Assembly (NCBI GenBank): GCA_965217895.1 | Contig: CBDCJV010000002.1 | Span: forward strand, 2,496,001 to 2,560,000 | Direction: 5' to 3' | DNA length: 64,000 nt | From: Waterburya sp. | Lineage (GTDB): Bacteria; Cyanobacteriota; Cyanobacteriia; Cyanobacteriales; Xenococcaceae | In this document: piece after piece, positions 31,316 to 40,705 of the stretch | How the letters are laid out: every line of letters begins with the position of its first letter | How positions within the stretch are numbered: position 1 is the stretch's first letter | The notes under the pieces: model-generated | The model's database searches: none | Told to the model about the DNA's origin: nothing | What the model saw: the letters and a program-made list of their open reading frames with translations, nothing else | Translations under genes and position numbers: made by a program

Positions 31316-32377
31316 TCAAACAGGTACAGCTTCAATAATGCTGTTTGCCGTTTGGGTGGGAATGATTCGGGCAATTTTAAAACCTGCTTTGATTAACAAA
31401 TCTCGATATTCATCTTCTTTGCGTTCGCGTCCCCCAGGAGTAGTCAGGAGAGATTCTAGATCGATTAATTTACCGACAAAAGGTTCATTGCCTTCAGGCA
31501 TAATCATTTCTACTAGTAAAAGCTTGCCTGTGTCTGTAATTGCCTCGCGACAGTTTTGCAGGATTTTGATTGCTTGTTTGTCGTCCCAGTTATGAATAAC
31601 GAACATCAAAATATAGGTATCTCCACCCCTAGGAACTGTCTCGACACAGTTACCTGAAACTAGCTGACAGCGTTCTGTTAGCCCAGCTTGCGCGATCGCG
31701 GGTTGAGCCACAGCGATCGCACTTTCAAAGTCTAATAAAATTCCCTTCATTTCTGGATAAGCTTTGAGCAAGGGAATAATCGTACTTCCCGCCCCAGCAA
31801 AGATTCCTAGTTCCACTAATGTAGATGTGCTAGAAAAATCGTAGTTAGCCATTAAAGAATTAGAGGCGCGACTAGAAATACTAACTTTAGAATTGCTGGC
31901 AGTTTTGGCTGCTTCAGGATCTAAATAATATTCAAACAAGCCCTGTCCAAAAAGGCGATCAAATGCTGGCTTTCCAGTCTTAATACTGTAGGGAAGTTCT
32001 CCCCATACCTGCCAGTGCCAGTCTTGTCCGAGGAATTTAATCGCATCGCGGAGTGAACCTGGGGTATCACCTGCTAAATATTCAGCAGGAGGAGTTAGTT
32101 TAAACTTACCGTCATCGTCTTGGGCAAATATGCCGACGCTTGCTAGCGATCGCAATACTCGATAAAGAGATGATTCGTGGGTTTGGGTAGCTTGTGCTAA
32201 TTCTGCGCTGGTTTTTGCCCCATCGACCAATAAATCGGCAATGCCTAACTCGGCTACGACATAAATGATTCTGGCAATACGAAACCCGCCCAAAAAGCGC
32301 AACATAGCGATCGCAGGTGGTACATTGGGCAATGCGCTAGGCTGTCTTGCTTTGGGAGTACTAGTTGTAGTCGTCAT
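31316..32377 (-). CDS. SAM-dependent O-methyltransferase (Methyltransf_2 with dimerisation domain)
   Basis: ELGIADLL...LYRVLRSLAS dimerisation domain; IHNWDD; GGRER. Confidence 0.9.
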   Translation of the reverse strand: MTTTTSTPKARQPSALPNVPPAIAMLRFLGGFRIARIIYVVAELGIADLLVDGAKTSAELAQATQTHESSLYRVLRSLASVGIFAQDDDGKFKLTPPAEYLAGDTPGSLRDAIKFLGQDWHWQVWGELPYSIKTGKPAFDRLFGQGLFEYYLDPEAAKTASNSKVSISSRASNSLMANYDFSSTSTLVELGIFAGAGSTIIPLLKAYPEMKGILLDFESAIAVAQPAIAQAGLTERCQLVSGNCVETVPRGGDTYILMFVIHNWDDKQAIKILQNCREAITDTGKLLLVEMIMPEGNEPFVGKLIDLESLLTTPGGRERKEDEYRDLLIKAGFKIARIIPTQTANSIIEAVPV

Positions 32378-32445
32378 GTTTTGCTCTAATAAGGTTGATT
32401 TAAAGAATTAAATGAGTAGAACTGACTTATGCAGCAATGTTAATT

Positions 32446-32520
32446 TCGCCCCCCCTAGCCTCCCAACTTTTTGGGAAAAAAGAGTTAAAAGTCCCCCAGA
32501 ATTGGGGGATTTAGGGGGCA
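32446..32520. repeat. Cyanobacterial CCCCCAGAATTGGGGG-type dispersed repeat
   Basis: CCCCCAGAATTGGGGGATTTAGGGGGC; related pieces near 3477-3502 and 50604-50620. Confidence 0.65.
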
Positions 32521-32531
32521 AATACTTAAGT

Positions 32532-33617
32532 CTAAACTGGTACGGCTTCGATAATGCTCATTGGCGATTTGGTGGGAATAATTCGCTTAACTTCAAAACC
32601 AGATTGGGCAAATAATTTCTCGTATTCTTCGCCAGTGCGTTCGATCGCGCCTGGAGTCATGATCATTGCTTCCACGTCCAAAATTTTGGCTAAAGATGGT
32701 TCATTGCCTGGAGGAACGATCATTTCGACGACTAAAAGCTTACCGTCACAGGCAATCGCCTGATGTATGTTGCTCAAAATCTGACCAGCTTTGGCATCGT
32801 CATAATCGTGAATCAAATTTTTGACTAGATAGGCATCTGCTTGGGTAGGGACAGACTGCCAAAAGTCACCAGCTATTAGTTCGCAGCGATCGCCTAAAGA
32901 CTTGTCTTCAGCTACCGCCTCGGCTTTAGATATACGGGCTGAAGTATCAAAATGAATCCCCTTTAAGTCCTGATTTTGGCGCAGGATAGAAGCAATTAGT
33001 TCACCATCTCCTTGACCACCCGTGGCAATATCCACCACCTGCTTAAAGTTAGAAAAGTCATAGCCTCCCAAGATAGCGCGATCGCTGAGGGTTAAAGCTC
33101 CTTTCATGGCTGCATCAAAGTCTTGGGCTACATCAGGATTTCGTTGATAATATTCTTCAAAATCCATGCCGTGTATCTCTTCAAATGCCGAGTTGCCAGT
33201 TTTGACGCTGTGCAAAACATCTTGCCACATCCGCCAATGCCAGGGAGTCCCCATGACGCTTGCATAGCCCTGTAATGAACCAGAAACATCAGACTGTAGT
33301 AAAGCTGCTCTAGGGGTCAAGTCAAAAGTGCGATCGTCTAATTCTTGAAAAATATCAAAGCTAGCTAAGGTTCTTAATAGCCTATATAAAGATTGAGGAT
33401 GGGTTGAAGTTTCTTTTGCCAGTTCAAAGATACTTTTTGGCTTATCTTTTAATAAATTGGCAATACCAAGCTGCGCTGCTACTGAAATGCTTTGGGAAAG
33501 ACGGTAAGCATTCATCATTTGCAGAATCATAATCTGCGGTGGCATTCCCCGCTCCTTTTTTTCAGGCGTTGCTGATGCTGGTTTATTCGGTTTGGCAATA
33601 GTCATTTCATTTATCAT
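32532..33617 (-). CDS. SAM-dependent O-methyltransferase
   Basis: VVDIATGGQGDG, GDFW, KNLIHDYDD, GAIERT. Confidence 0.9.
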   Translation of the reverse strand: MINEMTIAKPNKPASATPEKKERGMPPQIMILQMMNAYRLSQSISVAAQLGIANLLKDKPKSIFELAKETSTHPQSLYRLLRTLASFDIFQELDDRTFDLTPRAALLQSDVSGSLQGYASVMGTPWHWRMWQDVLHSVKTGNSAFEEIHGMDFEEYYQRNPDVAQDFDAAMKGALTLSDRAILGGYDFSNFKQVVDIATGGQGDGELIASILRQNQDLKGIHFDTSARISKAEAVAEDKSLGDRCELIAGDFWQSVPTQADAYLVKNLIHDYDDAKAGQILSNIHQAIACDGKLLVVEMIVPPGNEPSLAKILDVEAMIMTPGAIERTGEEYEKLFAQSGFEVKRIIPTKSPMSIIEAVPV

Positions 33618-33655
33618 TTATCATTCGGCTGTTCAGTGCTTCAATGCTCAATGCT

Positions 33656-34060
33656 CTAAGCGTGTCTGGTATAGCAAACTTCGTAGAGTACGGGAGAAGA
33701 TTCAGCGATCGCACCTATCTTGGGCATATGTTCGCGAGCTTCGGGATTCTGGAAAATGCCACGAAAATCTTCAACGCTTCTCCATTGGGCATAGTTAGTT
33801 ACCCATTCCCCATCTAAGCTTTTATGAATGTTGGCACTAATAAACCCTGGTAGTTTCCCCATAGTTTCTTCAGTGGCATCAATTAGCATATCTACTAACT
33901 GCTGCTGATTCTCTGGCTTAACTTTGAAAACGTTAACTAAAGTAACTAAGTCTGCGTCTAGAGAAATTGTAGCTTTTGATTCTGATGAAATTACACTCAT
34001 TGGATTTTTTCGGATAACTAATAGATTAAATCGTGGGACATTTTTTTGGCTCATAATCAT
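33656..34060 (-). CDS. Antibiotic biosynthesis monooxygenase (ABM) family protein
   Basis: TLVNVFKVKPENQQQLV...PGFISANIHKSLDG...NYAQWRS. Confidence 0.88.
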   Translation of the reverse strand: MIMSQKNVPRFNLLVIRKNPMSVISSESKATISLDADLVTLVNVFKVKPENQQQLVDMLIDATEETMGKLPGFISANIHKSLDGEWVTNYAQWRSVEDFRGIFQNPEAREHMPKIGAIAESSPVLYEVCYTRHA

Positions 34061-34762
34061 TAGTCAATGATTTACCAAGAAAATATCCAAAAGTTATTTA
34101 AATGTTATTGACTTGAGTTTGACATACAACAACTTTTCTTATGTATAAATAATCTAGTCTTTATGTTCAAAATCTGTTTAAGTTTTGTTCAAAGACATAA
34201 ATACAATTTTTAAACCTGATATTTTATTGTTTACAAGTTAGCAGCTACTTGAAATACTTTTGTAGCTTTAGAAGGTTTCAAAAGCGATCCTGATTTAAAA
34301 TGATTTGACAGCCTGCAAAGCCTGCAAACTGAACAGTATAACGGTTGTAAAAAAATATTAGATAATAGTTAGATCGCTAAATTTTGTTACTAGCTTGTGA
34401 GAGTTAAATATGATAATCTTAATTTAAGCCGTTTATAGGTATAATTTAATGGCAAAAATTTGTTTATGTACGTAATAGGACATAATCTATATATAAAATG
34501 GAACATAGCTCCTTTTTGCAATAATTACTGTGTTTAAACAGACTATAAAAATAATTATCCTTAAGGCAATAGCTAATAAAAACCCGTGGAGAAAAAAATA
34601 ACCATTTTTGGTAAAGTACGTAACTTTTTAACATATAAGTTTGTTAGTAATAGAGCATATTACTTGCGCTATTTTGTTGAATTTTAAACTGTAATAGTGT
34701 AATTATTAATGTAGATTGATTGTCAAGCAATTAAATATAAATAGCTAACTAAAGCAAGAAAG

Positions 34763-37294
34763 ATGGTACACATTTCCAAAAGATCATTAAAGGCTTCAAA
34801 AGAGGGCATTCAGTTAGCTAGTCGGGCAATACTTAGATTTCCTACAAAAATAGATTTTGCAGCAGAACTAGAAATTTCCCGTTCTACCGTCCAGAACTTT
34901 TTTGCAGGTAAACCTGTAGGTAGAGAAAATTTTCATAAAATTTGTCAAGAGCTAGATCTGCTTTGGCAAGAAGTGGCGGAACTCCCCCCAGAAGTAGCAA
35001 AATTACCGAAACCAACTGCAATAAATAATGAAGTAACTGAAAATAACAAGATCGCCGTTAATATTGGTCAACAGGACAGTGGCTTTAGTCCCATCTGTCC
35101 ACCATTCATACGTGCAGACTCTTTAAATGATAAAGACAAAACAGTCTCTGACTCTGTAGTCGAGCAATTTCGGAATTTGGCTAGAGGTAGAATTTGGTCA
35201 ATGTGCGGGACGATGCGAGTATTAGATATGTCTTGTCCTAAACTTACTGAGGATATATATGTTGACACTAAAGTCTACTTAAAAATAAAAGGTAGGCGAA
35301 GGCTGAAAGTTGGCGATCTGCATTCATTTCAGGTTGTTAGTAATCATAAATCTTGTGATTTGCAGTTCAACGACGAGCAACCAAAACAGATAGAAATACC
35401 TGGTAACAAAGCAGCAATGTGCTATTCCAAGTTAGTTGTTTTGGGAAAGCCTGGTTCTGGGAAAACCATGTTTTTGAAACATTTGACTTTACAATGTCTA
35501 AAAGGTAAGTTTCAAAGCGATCGCATTCCTATATTTGTTCCCTTAAGAGATTTTGTAGCTTACACATCATCTTTAAATTTAGTTGACTATATATCCAATC
35601 AGTTAGCTGAAGATTATCAAATAGAAATTAATTTGGTCAGACACTTATTGAATCGAGGCAGATTTTTAATCGTTCTCGATGGACTAGATGAAGTCCAACT
35701 TTCAAGTCGTAGTGTTGTTTGTCAGCATTTACGCAGATTTACAAAATGGTTTCCCCATAATTATTACATCATTAGCTGTCGTCACGGCGTACAGTGCTGC
35801 AATTTTGAACAGTTCACCGAAGTAGAAATTGCTGATTTTCAACCCAGACAGATTGAAGATTTTGCCGTTAAATGGTTCGATCCTGAAGATACTCAACTAA
35901 GCTACAACTTTCTAGCCAAAGTGGTCAAGAATAATTCAATTCAGGAGTTTGCGACTAACCCACTATTATTGGTTCTGTTATGTATTGTGTTTGAAGAATC
36001 AGCCAATTTTCCCGTTAGCCGTGCTGAAATATATGAGGAAGGTTTGGATATCATGCTCAGACAGTGGGATGCAGAGCGGGCGATAGAAAGAGAGCAAGGG
36101 GCAGGTTTGACTCTAGAACAGGAAAAAGAATTACTTTGTAGAGTTGCTCGCAAAACCTTTGAACGTAAAGAATATTTCTTTAAAGAAACAGAGCTAAAAT
36201 TTTATATTGCCGACTATGCAATTAACCTGAGCCAAACAGACACATTCCCAATTGATGCTCAGAAAGTTCTCAAATCGATTGAAGCCAAACATGGTTTGTT
36301 AGTAGAACAAGCCAAAAAGGTTTATTCATTTTCTCATTTAGCATTTCAAGAATATTTAACAGCTAAAGAATTTGTTTCTCCCTGCGATCTAGCTGTATCT
36401 ATAGCGATGTTAAATCATTTAGTCAGCCACCTAACAGAAGAAAGATGGCATGAAATTTTTTTACTAGTAGCAGAAATGTCACCTCAAGGGGATCGGTTAT
36501 TTACCCTAATGAGTAGACAAATCGATGACATTGGCGATCGCTCTGCCCAGATTACAGCGTTTTTAGAATGGGTAAACTGTAAAGCTGAGTCAATAATTAG
36601 CCCTAGGTTAGAGCATTTTCAAGAGAAAGTAGATCTAGCTGAAACTTCTGGCGGTTTAAGAGTAACTGAGTGCCAAAAAGAAGTAATTCGGGCATTTTAT
36701 TTTAGTTTAGGATTAGGTCAGATTTTAGGTTGTATTGGCACTAACTTTTCTTTAATGTTAAAGCTCGACCCCCACTTTGGTGAGGGGATCGCTGTCAATG
36801 CAGACTTAGCGTTAGATTTGAGCTTATTTAATCTTTTGAACTTGATGCCCTTTCTAGAATCAATACATAATCCTGCACTAACTTTGCAACGTTCGCTCAA
36901 GCGAGTAATTAGCCATGGGATAAAAATTGAACCAGAATTAACTAAAGAATTACAAAGAATGAAACAAAGAATTCCTACTTCCCAAGAAAATGAAACTCAG
37001 TTTTGGCTGTGGTGGCATCAAGAAGGAAAAGCTTGGTTTAGCGATCTCAACTCCATGGCAATGAAGTATCGTAATATAGCTCATCAATGGAATTTTAACG
37101 CTCAGCAGCAAGAAGTTCTCCAACAATATTTTCAGGCTAATCTATTATTATTAGATTGTCTCGATCGCAGTAGCTATGTAAGTTCTGAAGTTAGAGACAG
37201 TATTAGGCGTCAATTATTAAAGCCGACTAAAAGCAAAACAAATCACCTGCAAGACACCGAAGTGTTGCAATCAAATATATCTTATATAACCTAG
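34763..37294 (+). CDS. NACHT NTPase with N-terminal HTH-like domain
   Basis: Walker A GKPGSGKT, Walker B LDGLDEV, NPLLL, FSHLAFQEYLTA; N-terminal AAELEISRSTVQNFFAGKPV HTH-like segment. Confidence 0.9.
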   Translation: MVHISKRSLKASKEGIQLASRAILRFPTKIDFAAELEISRSTVQNFFAGKPVGRENFHKICQELDLLWQEVAELPPEVAKLPKPTAINNEVTENNKIAVNIGQQDSGFSPICPPFIRADSLNDKDKTVSDSVVEQFRNLARGRIWSMCGTMRVLDMSCPKLTEDIYVDTKVYLKIKGRRRLKVGDLHSFQVVSNHKSCDLQFNDEQPKQIEIPGNKAAMCYSKLVVLGKPGSGKTMFLKHLTLQCLKGKFQSDRIPIFVPLRDFVAYTSSLNLVDYISNQLAEDYQIEINLVRHLLNRGRFLIVLDGLDEVQLSSRSVVCQHLRRFTKWFPHNYYIISCRHGVQCCNFEQFTEVEIADFQPRQIEDFAVKWFDPEDTQLSYNFLAKVVKNNSIQEFATNPLLLVLLCIVFEESANFPVSRAEIYEEGLDIMLRQWDAERAIEREQGAGLTLEQEKELLCRVARKTFERKEYFFKETELKFYIADYAINLSQTDTFPIDAQKVLKSIEAKHGLLVEQAKKVYSFSHLAFQEYLTAKEFVSPCDLAVSIAMLNHLVSHLTEERWHEIFLLVAEMSPQGDRLFTLMSRQIDDIGDRSAQITAFLEWVNCKAESIISPRLEHFQEKVDLAETSGGLRVTECQKEVIRAFYFSLGLGQILGCIGTNFSLMLKLDPHFGEGIAVNADLALDLSLFNLLNLMPFLESIHNPALTLQRSLKRVISHGIKIEPELTKELQRMKQRIPTSQENETQFWLWWHQEGKAWFSDLNSMAMKYRNIAHQWNFNAQQQEVLQQYFQANLLLLDCLDRSSYVSSEVRDSIRRQLLKPTKSKTNHLQDTEVLQSNISYIT

Positions 37295-37316
37295 AAATTT
37301 TATAAATTAAATATAG

Positions 37317-37703
37317 ATGCAGTTGGGCAAATTCTCACAATTAATTATTATTGAGCAGGAAATATATTTTATCGAAGAAATGCAGTTGCGATCGCTCCAA
37401 AATCGAACTGATATATTTTCTCCTTATGAACAAAATTATTGCCTCAACAAGCCAACTCCCTTACTATCTGTTGCTGGTTTATGGTGCGCCAAACAAGCCT
37501 TCATCAAAGCTACCAATAGATTAAACTTTCCTAATTTCAACTACCTGGACTTAGAAGTTAGACATCGTGATAGTGGTCAACCCAAAATACTGCTTCAGGA
37601 TAATTTAAGACAGCAGTTGGGAGAAAATATTAAGCTAGAACTAGCGATCGCCCACGAGAAAACCTTAGCTGTAGCCAGCGTGCTTTTTTGGAGCGAGGTT
37701 TAA
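37317..37703 (+). CDS. AcpS-like 4'-phosphopantetheinyl transferase (divergent)
   Basis: IFSPYEQNYC, AGLWCAKQAFIKA (cf. R-F/W-AAKEA), SGQPKI, IAHEK; lacks the canonical N-terminal GxD. Confidence 0.72.
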   Translation: MQLGKFSQLIIIEQEIYFIEEMQLRSLQNRTDIFSPYEQNYCLNKPTPLLSVAGLWCAKQAFIKATNRLNFPNFNYLDLEVRHRDSGQPKILLQDNLRQQLGENIKLELAIAHEKTLAVASVLFWSEV

Positions 37704-37721
37704 TAGTATTCCTTACTTCTT

Positions 37722-37860
37722 ACTTTTTACTGTCTTGGTGCGCGTTCCCTTGCGCCTAACGGCGACGCGGTGAAGCAGTTGCGGTGGACGGGTTCCCCGG
37801 CATAAGCAAACTGCTGAACCCTTTAGGGGGTCGCACCGCTTTTTACTTCCTACTTATTAC
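37722..37860. repeat. Small dispersed repeat with a nested ~58-bp insert
   Basis: Near-identical to 46584-46664 except for an extra segment at about 37768-37825. Confidence 0.8.
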
Positions 37861-38864
37861 ATTACCTTTTCTCTATTTACTTGAGCAAAGGTTGTACCAG
37901 AAGATCGAGCCGCAAATTCTCTTTCCAGGCGATCGTACCACTGACGATAGCGTAGAGAAAGTAAATCTGCCTTAACCGTACATTTCCAGTCTCCGTAACC
38001 TTTTTCGTGCCATTCCTGCTGCATCATCAGCATGGGAAAATCTTCTTCCAATATTTTGCTAGCTTTCTTTTTCAGTCCAAAGGTAACTAACGGATTCCAA
38101 ACTAGCCAGTCGCGACACTCGAAGACAAATATTCTAGTTTTGTTTTCTGTCAGTGGAACAAAGTAATCATTAGCAATTAGTTTCCAGCCTGGTTTGGGTT
38201 CAATCAAGACTTTAACTAAACAAGGTGGCTCAAAAAAGTAGACGAAATCATTATATTCCCCGTCAGGATTTTTCACCTTCATATTCATGCCGTGTTCGTA
38301 TTTCTCTAAGCTAACGTCCAACGGGCGTAAATAATTTCGTTGCTCTTTCTTAGCAATGGTTTGGGTATGCAGGAAGGGAAAATGAGCAAAATCCAATGCC
38401 CCAGCAATCATAATTTTGTGGGAGGCATCTAATTCTTTGACAATTACTTCGTGTCTCCAACCCTCTTCAGTTGTACCTTCTGGCAAGCGTAAAGGTGTCA
38501 TTGCCGTGCGATCGCCAGCAAATACCCATACTACCCCTAATTTTTCTTCTGTAGGGTAGGCAAAGTTACACTTAGCACCTTTGGGAATAGGAGCATCTTC
38601 TGCCATTGAGGGAATTTTTTTGCAGTCTCCACCTTCGCCGAACTGCCAGCCGTGATAGGGACATTCTACGTTGCCATTTTTAACTTGACCGCGAGATAGA
38701 GGAACACCTTGATGAGGGCAAGAGTCGTAAAGACAAATAACCTGATTATCTTCGTCTCGAAACAGCACCAATGGTTCATTTAATAGTGAAGTACTATAAG
38801 GCTTGTCGGCTGGTACTTCGGACGATAAAGCTAGAGGATACCAATAGTTTTTGAGAAATTCCAT
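37857..38864 (-). CDS. Rieske non-heme iron oxygenase (VanA/PaO-like)
   Basis: CPHQG...CPYHGW Rieske motif; DFAHFPFLH iron ligands; EED near the C-terminus. Confidence 0.92.
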   Translation of the reverse strand: MEFLKNYWYPLALSSEVPADKPYSTSLLNEPLVLFRDEDNQVICLYDSCPHQGVPLSRGQVKNGNVECPYHGWQFGEGGDCKKIPSMAEDAPIPKGAKCNFAYPTEEKLGVVWVFAGDRTAMTPLRLPEGTTEEGWRHEVIVKELDASHKIMIAGALDFAHFPFLHTQTIAKKEQRNYLRPLDVSLEKYEHGMNMKVKNPDGEYNDFVYFFEPPCLVKVLIEPKPGWKLIANDYFVPLTENKTRIFVFECRDWLVWNPLVTFGLKKKASKILEEDFPMLMMQQEWHEKGYGDWKCTVKADLLSLRYRQWYDRLEREFAARSSGTTFAQVNREKVM

Positions 38865-38945
38865 AATTTAAGTTTCAATATATTTGGGGATTTGGAGACT
38901 CGTTGTTCACTTCCTACTTCTGTACGGGCGAACGACCGTTCGCCC

Positions 38946-39980
38946 CTACTTAATTCCTTCAATAATGCTGACGTTAGAGCGAGTAGGAATAATTTTATTT
39001 AAGCTAAAGCCAGATGCTTCTAGAAGCGATTCATATTCGGCTGCGGTACGTTCGCGACCGCCTAACGTTACCAACATATGTAAATCGATTAATTTGCCTG
39101 AAAATGGCTCATTACCTGGAGGAATAATCTGTTCGACTATCAGCAGCTTGCCGTTGGCTGACATTGCTTGATGACAGTTCCGTAAAATAGCGATCGCCTG
39201 GTCGTCATCCCAGTTGTGCAGTATATACTTTAAGAAGTAAGCATCAGCATCGCTAGGCACAGACTCAAAAAAATCTCCCGCTAGCATTTCACAGCGATCG
39301 CTTACTTCGGCTTGGTTCAAGATTGGCTCAGATGCAGCCACCACAATGTCTTGGTCGAATAAAATGCCCTGAAGATGGGGATTAGCTTTAAGGATTGCTG
39401 CAATTAGACTACCATTGCCACCACCAACATCGACTAAAGTAGTAATTTCTGAAAAGTCATAGCCGTTAACAATCGCTGGTTCAAGCGCACGAGAAATATT
39501 TTTCATAGCGCGATCAAATATTTCACCCGATTCTACATTTTGACTGTAGTAATCAAAAACAGGCATTCCATACTCTTGCTCAAACCCGTTTTCGCCAGTT
39601 TTCAGGCTATGGAGTAAGTTACCCCAGGCATGATAGTATTCTTCGCCTCCTAATAAAATAGAGTCCCGCATCGAGCCTGGAAGATCGCTACGAAGTCCTT
39701 GGGCGATGGGAGTTAAGACAAAGTAACCAGGTTCTTGTTCGGCAAAAACCTCTACACTTGCTAGGGCGCGCAGCAATCGATATAGAGATCGGGCATCGGT
39801 ATTTGTAATACTGGCTAGGCGATCGCAACTTTGGGCATCGTCTTTTAGCAAATCGGCAATCCCCAACTTAGCAACAGCATAGAGTGACTGCGTAATCCAG
39901 TATCCGCTAGACATTTGAAGCAACGTCATTCTTGATTTGATGTCTACAGTAGGCTGTCCATTCTTTTGCTGTAATTGCAT
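38946..39980 (-). CDS. SAM-dependent O-methyltransferase
   Basis: LVDVGGGNG, GDFF, KYILHNWDD, GGRERT. Confidence 0.93.
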   Translation of the reverse strand: MQLQQKNGQPTVDIKSRMTLLQMSSGYWITQSLYAVAKLGIADLLKDDAQSCDRLASITNTDARSLYRLLRALASVEVFAEQEPGYFVLTPIAQGLRSDLPGSMRDSILLGGEEYYHAWGNLLHSLKTGENGFEQEYGMPVFDYYSQNVESGEIFDRAMKNISRALEPAIVNGYDFSEITTLVDVGGGNGSLIAAILKANPHLQGILFDQDIVVAASEPILNQAEVSDRCEMLAGDFFESVPSDADAYFLKYILHNWDDDQAIAILRNCHQAMSANGKLLIVEQIIPPGNEPFSGKLIDLHMLVTLGGRERTAAEYESLLEASGFSLNKIIPTRSNVSIIEGIK

Positions 39981-40705
39981 TTAGAGAACCACTTGATAGT
40001 TGTTTATAATCGCTTTCCCCATATTTAGCATTTGTGAATCGAAGTATGGGTATAACAAAAGCAGAAGATATCAACAACTTTTGTTTTGCTTATGTTGAAA
40101 ACGAATTATTTTTAGGTATTGAGTTATACCAAAACTATTAATAAATTATTTGTTATAAATCCGATTTGATTTGTTGATTAATAGTATTTAAAACTGTTAT
40201 TTTAGATATTTATAGTAGTTTTATAAATCTAGAATTGCCAAAAGAATTATAAATTTTAAATATAGTTCAACGAGAATTAAGCTTTTCAATATAAATTTTG
40301 CGTAAACTAACTCAAAAACACACAAAAACCCCTGTTTATAAAAAGATAAATATACTATGCTCTGGTGTAAGGTTTATAAGTCAAATAGCTTAAATAAACA
40401 GCTTAAATTACTTCTAAATAGATTAGAGTTACAAAATTCTATCTAAAAGTGATATTAACCAGTAAAACTTTATTTATAGCTACTAACTGAATTCATCATT
40501 TTGACTATATTTGGCTTCGATTTTTGATATTTTTGGCGCAAGTTGAGCCAATCTAAATAGTACGTCTACTTTAAGATTGTGAAAATCAATTATTTATTTG
40601 CCAAAGTTTATCAAGATTTAGATCGGCTAAACCGTCTCAAAATTGAATTGTAATGATGCCAAAAAATAGCATCGAATAATTGTCATATCTCTATTTCTAT
40701 CAACT

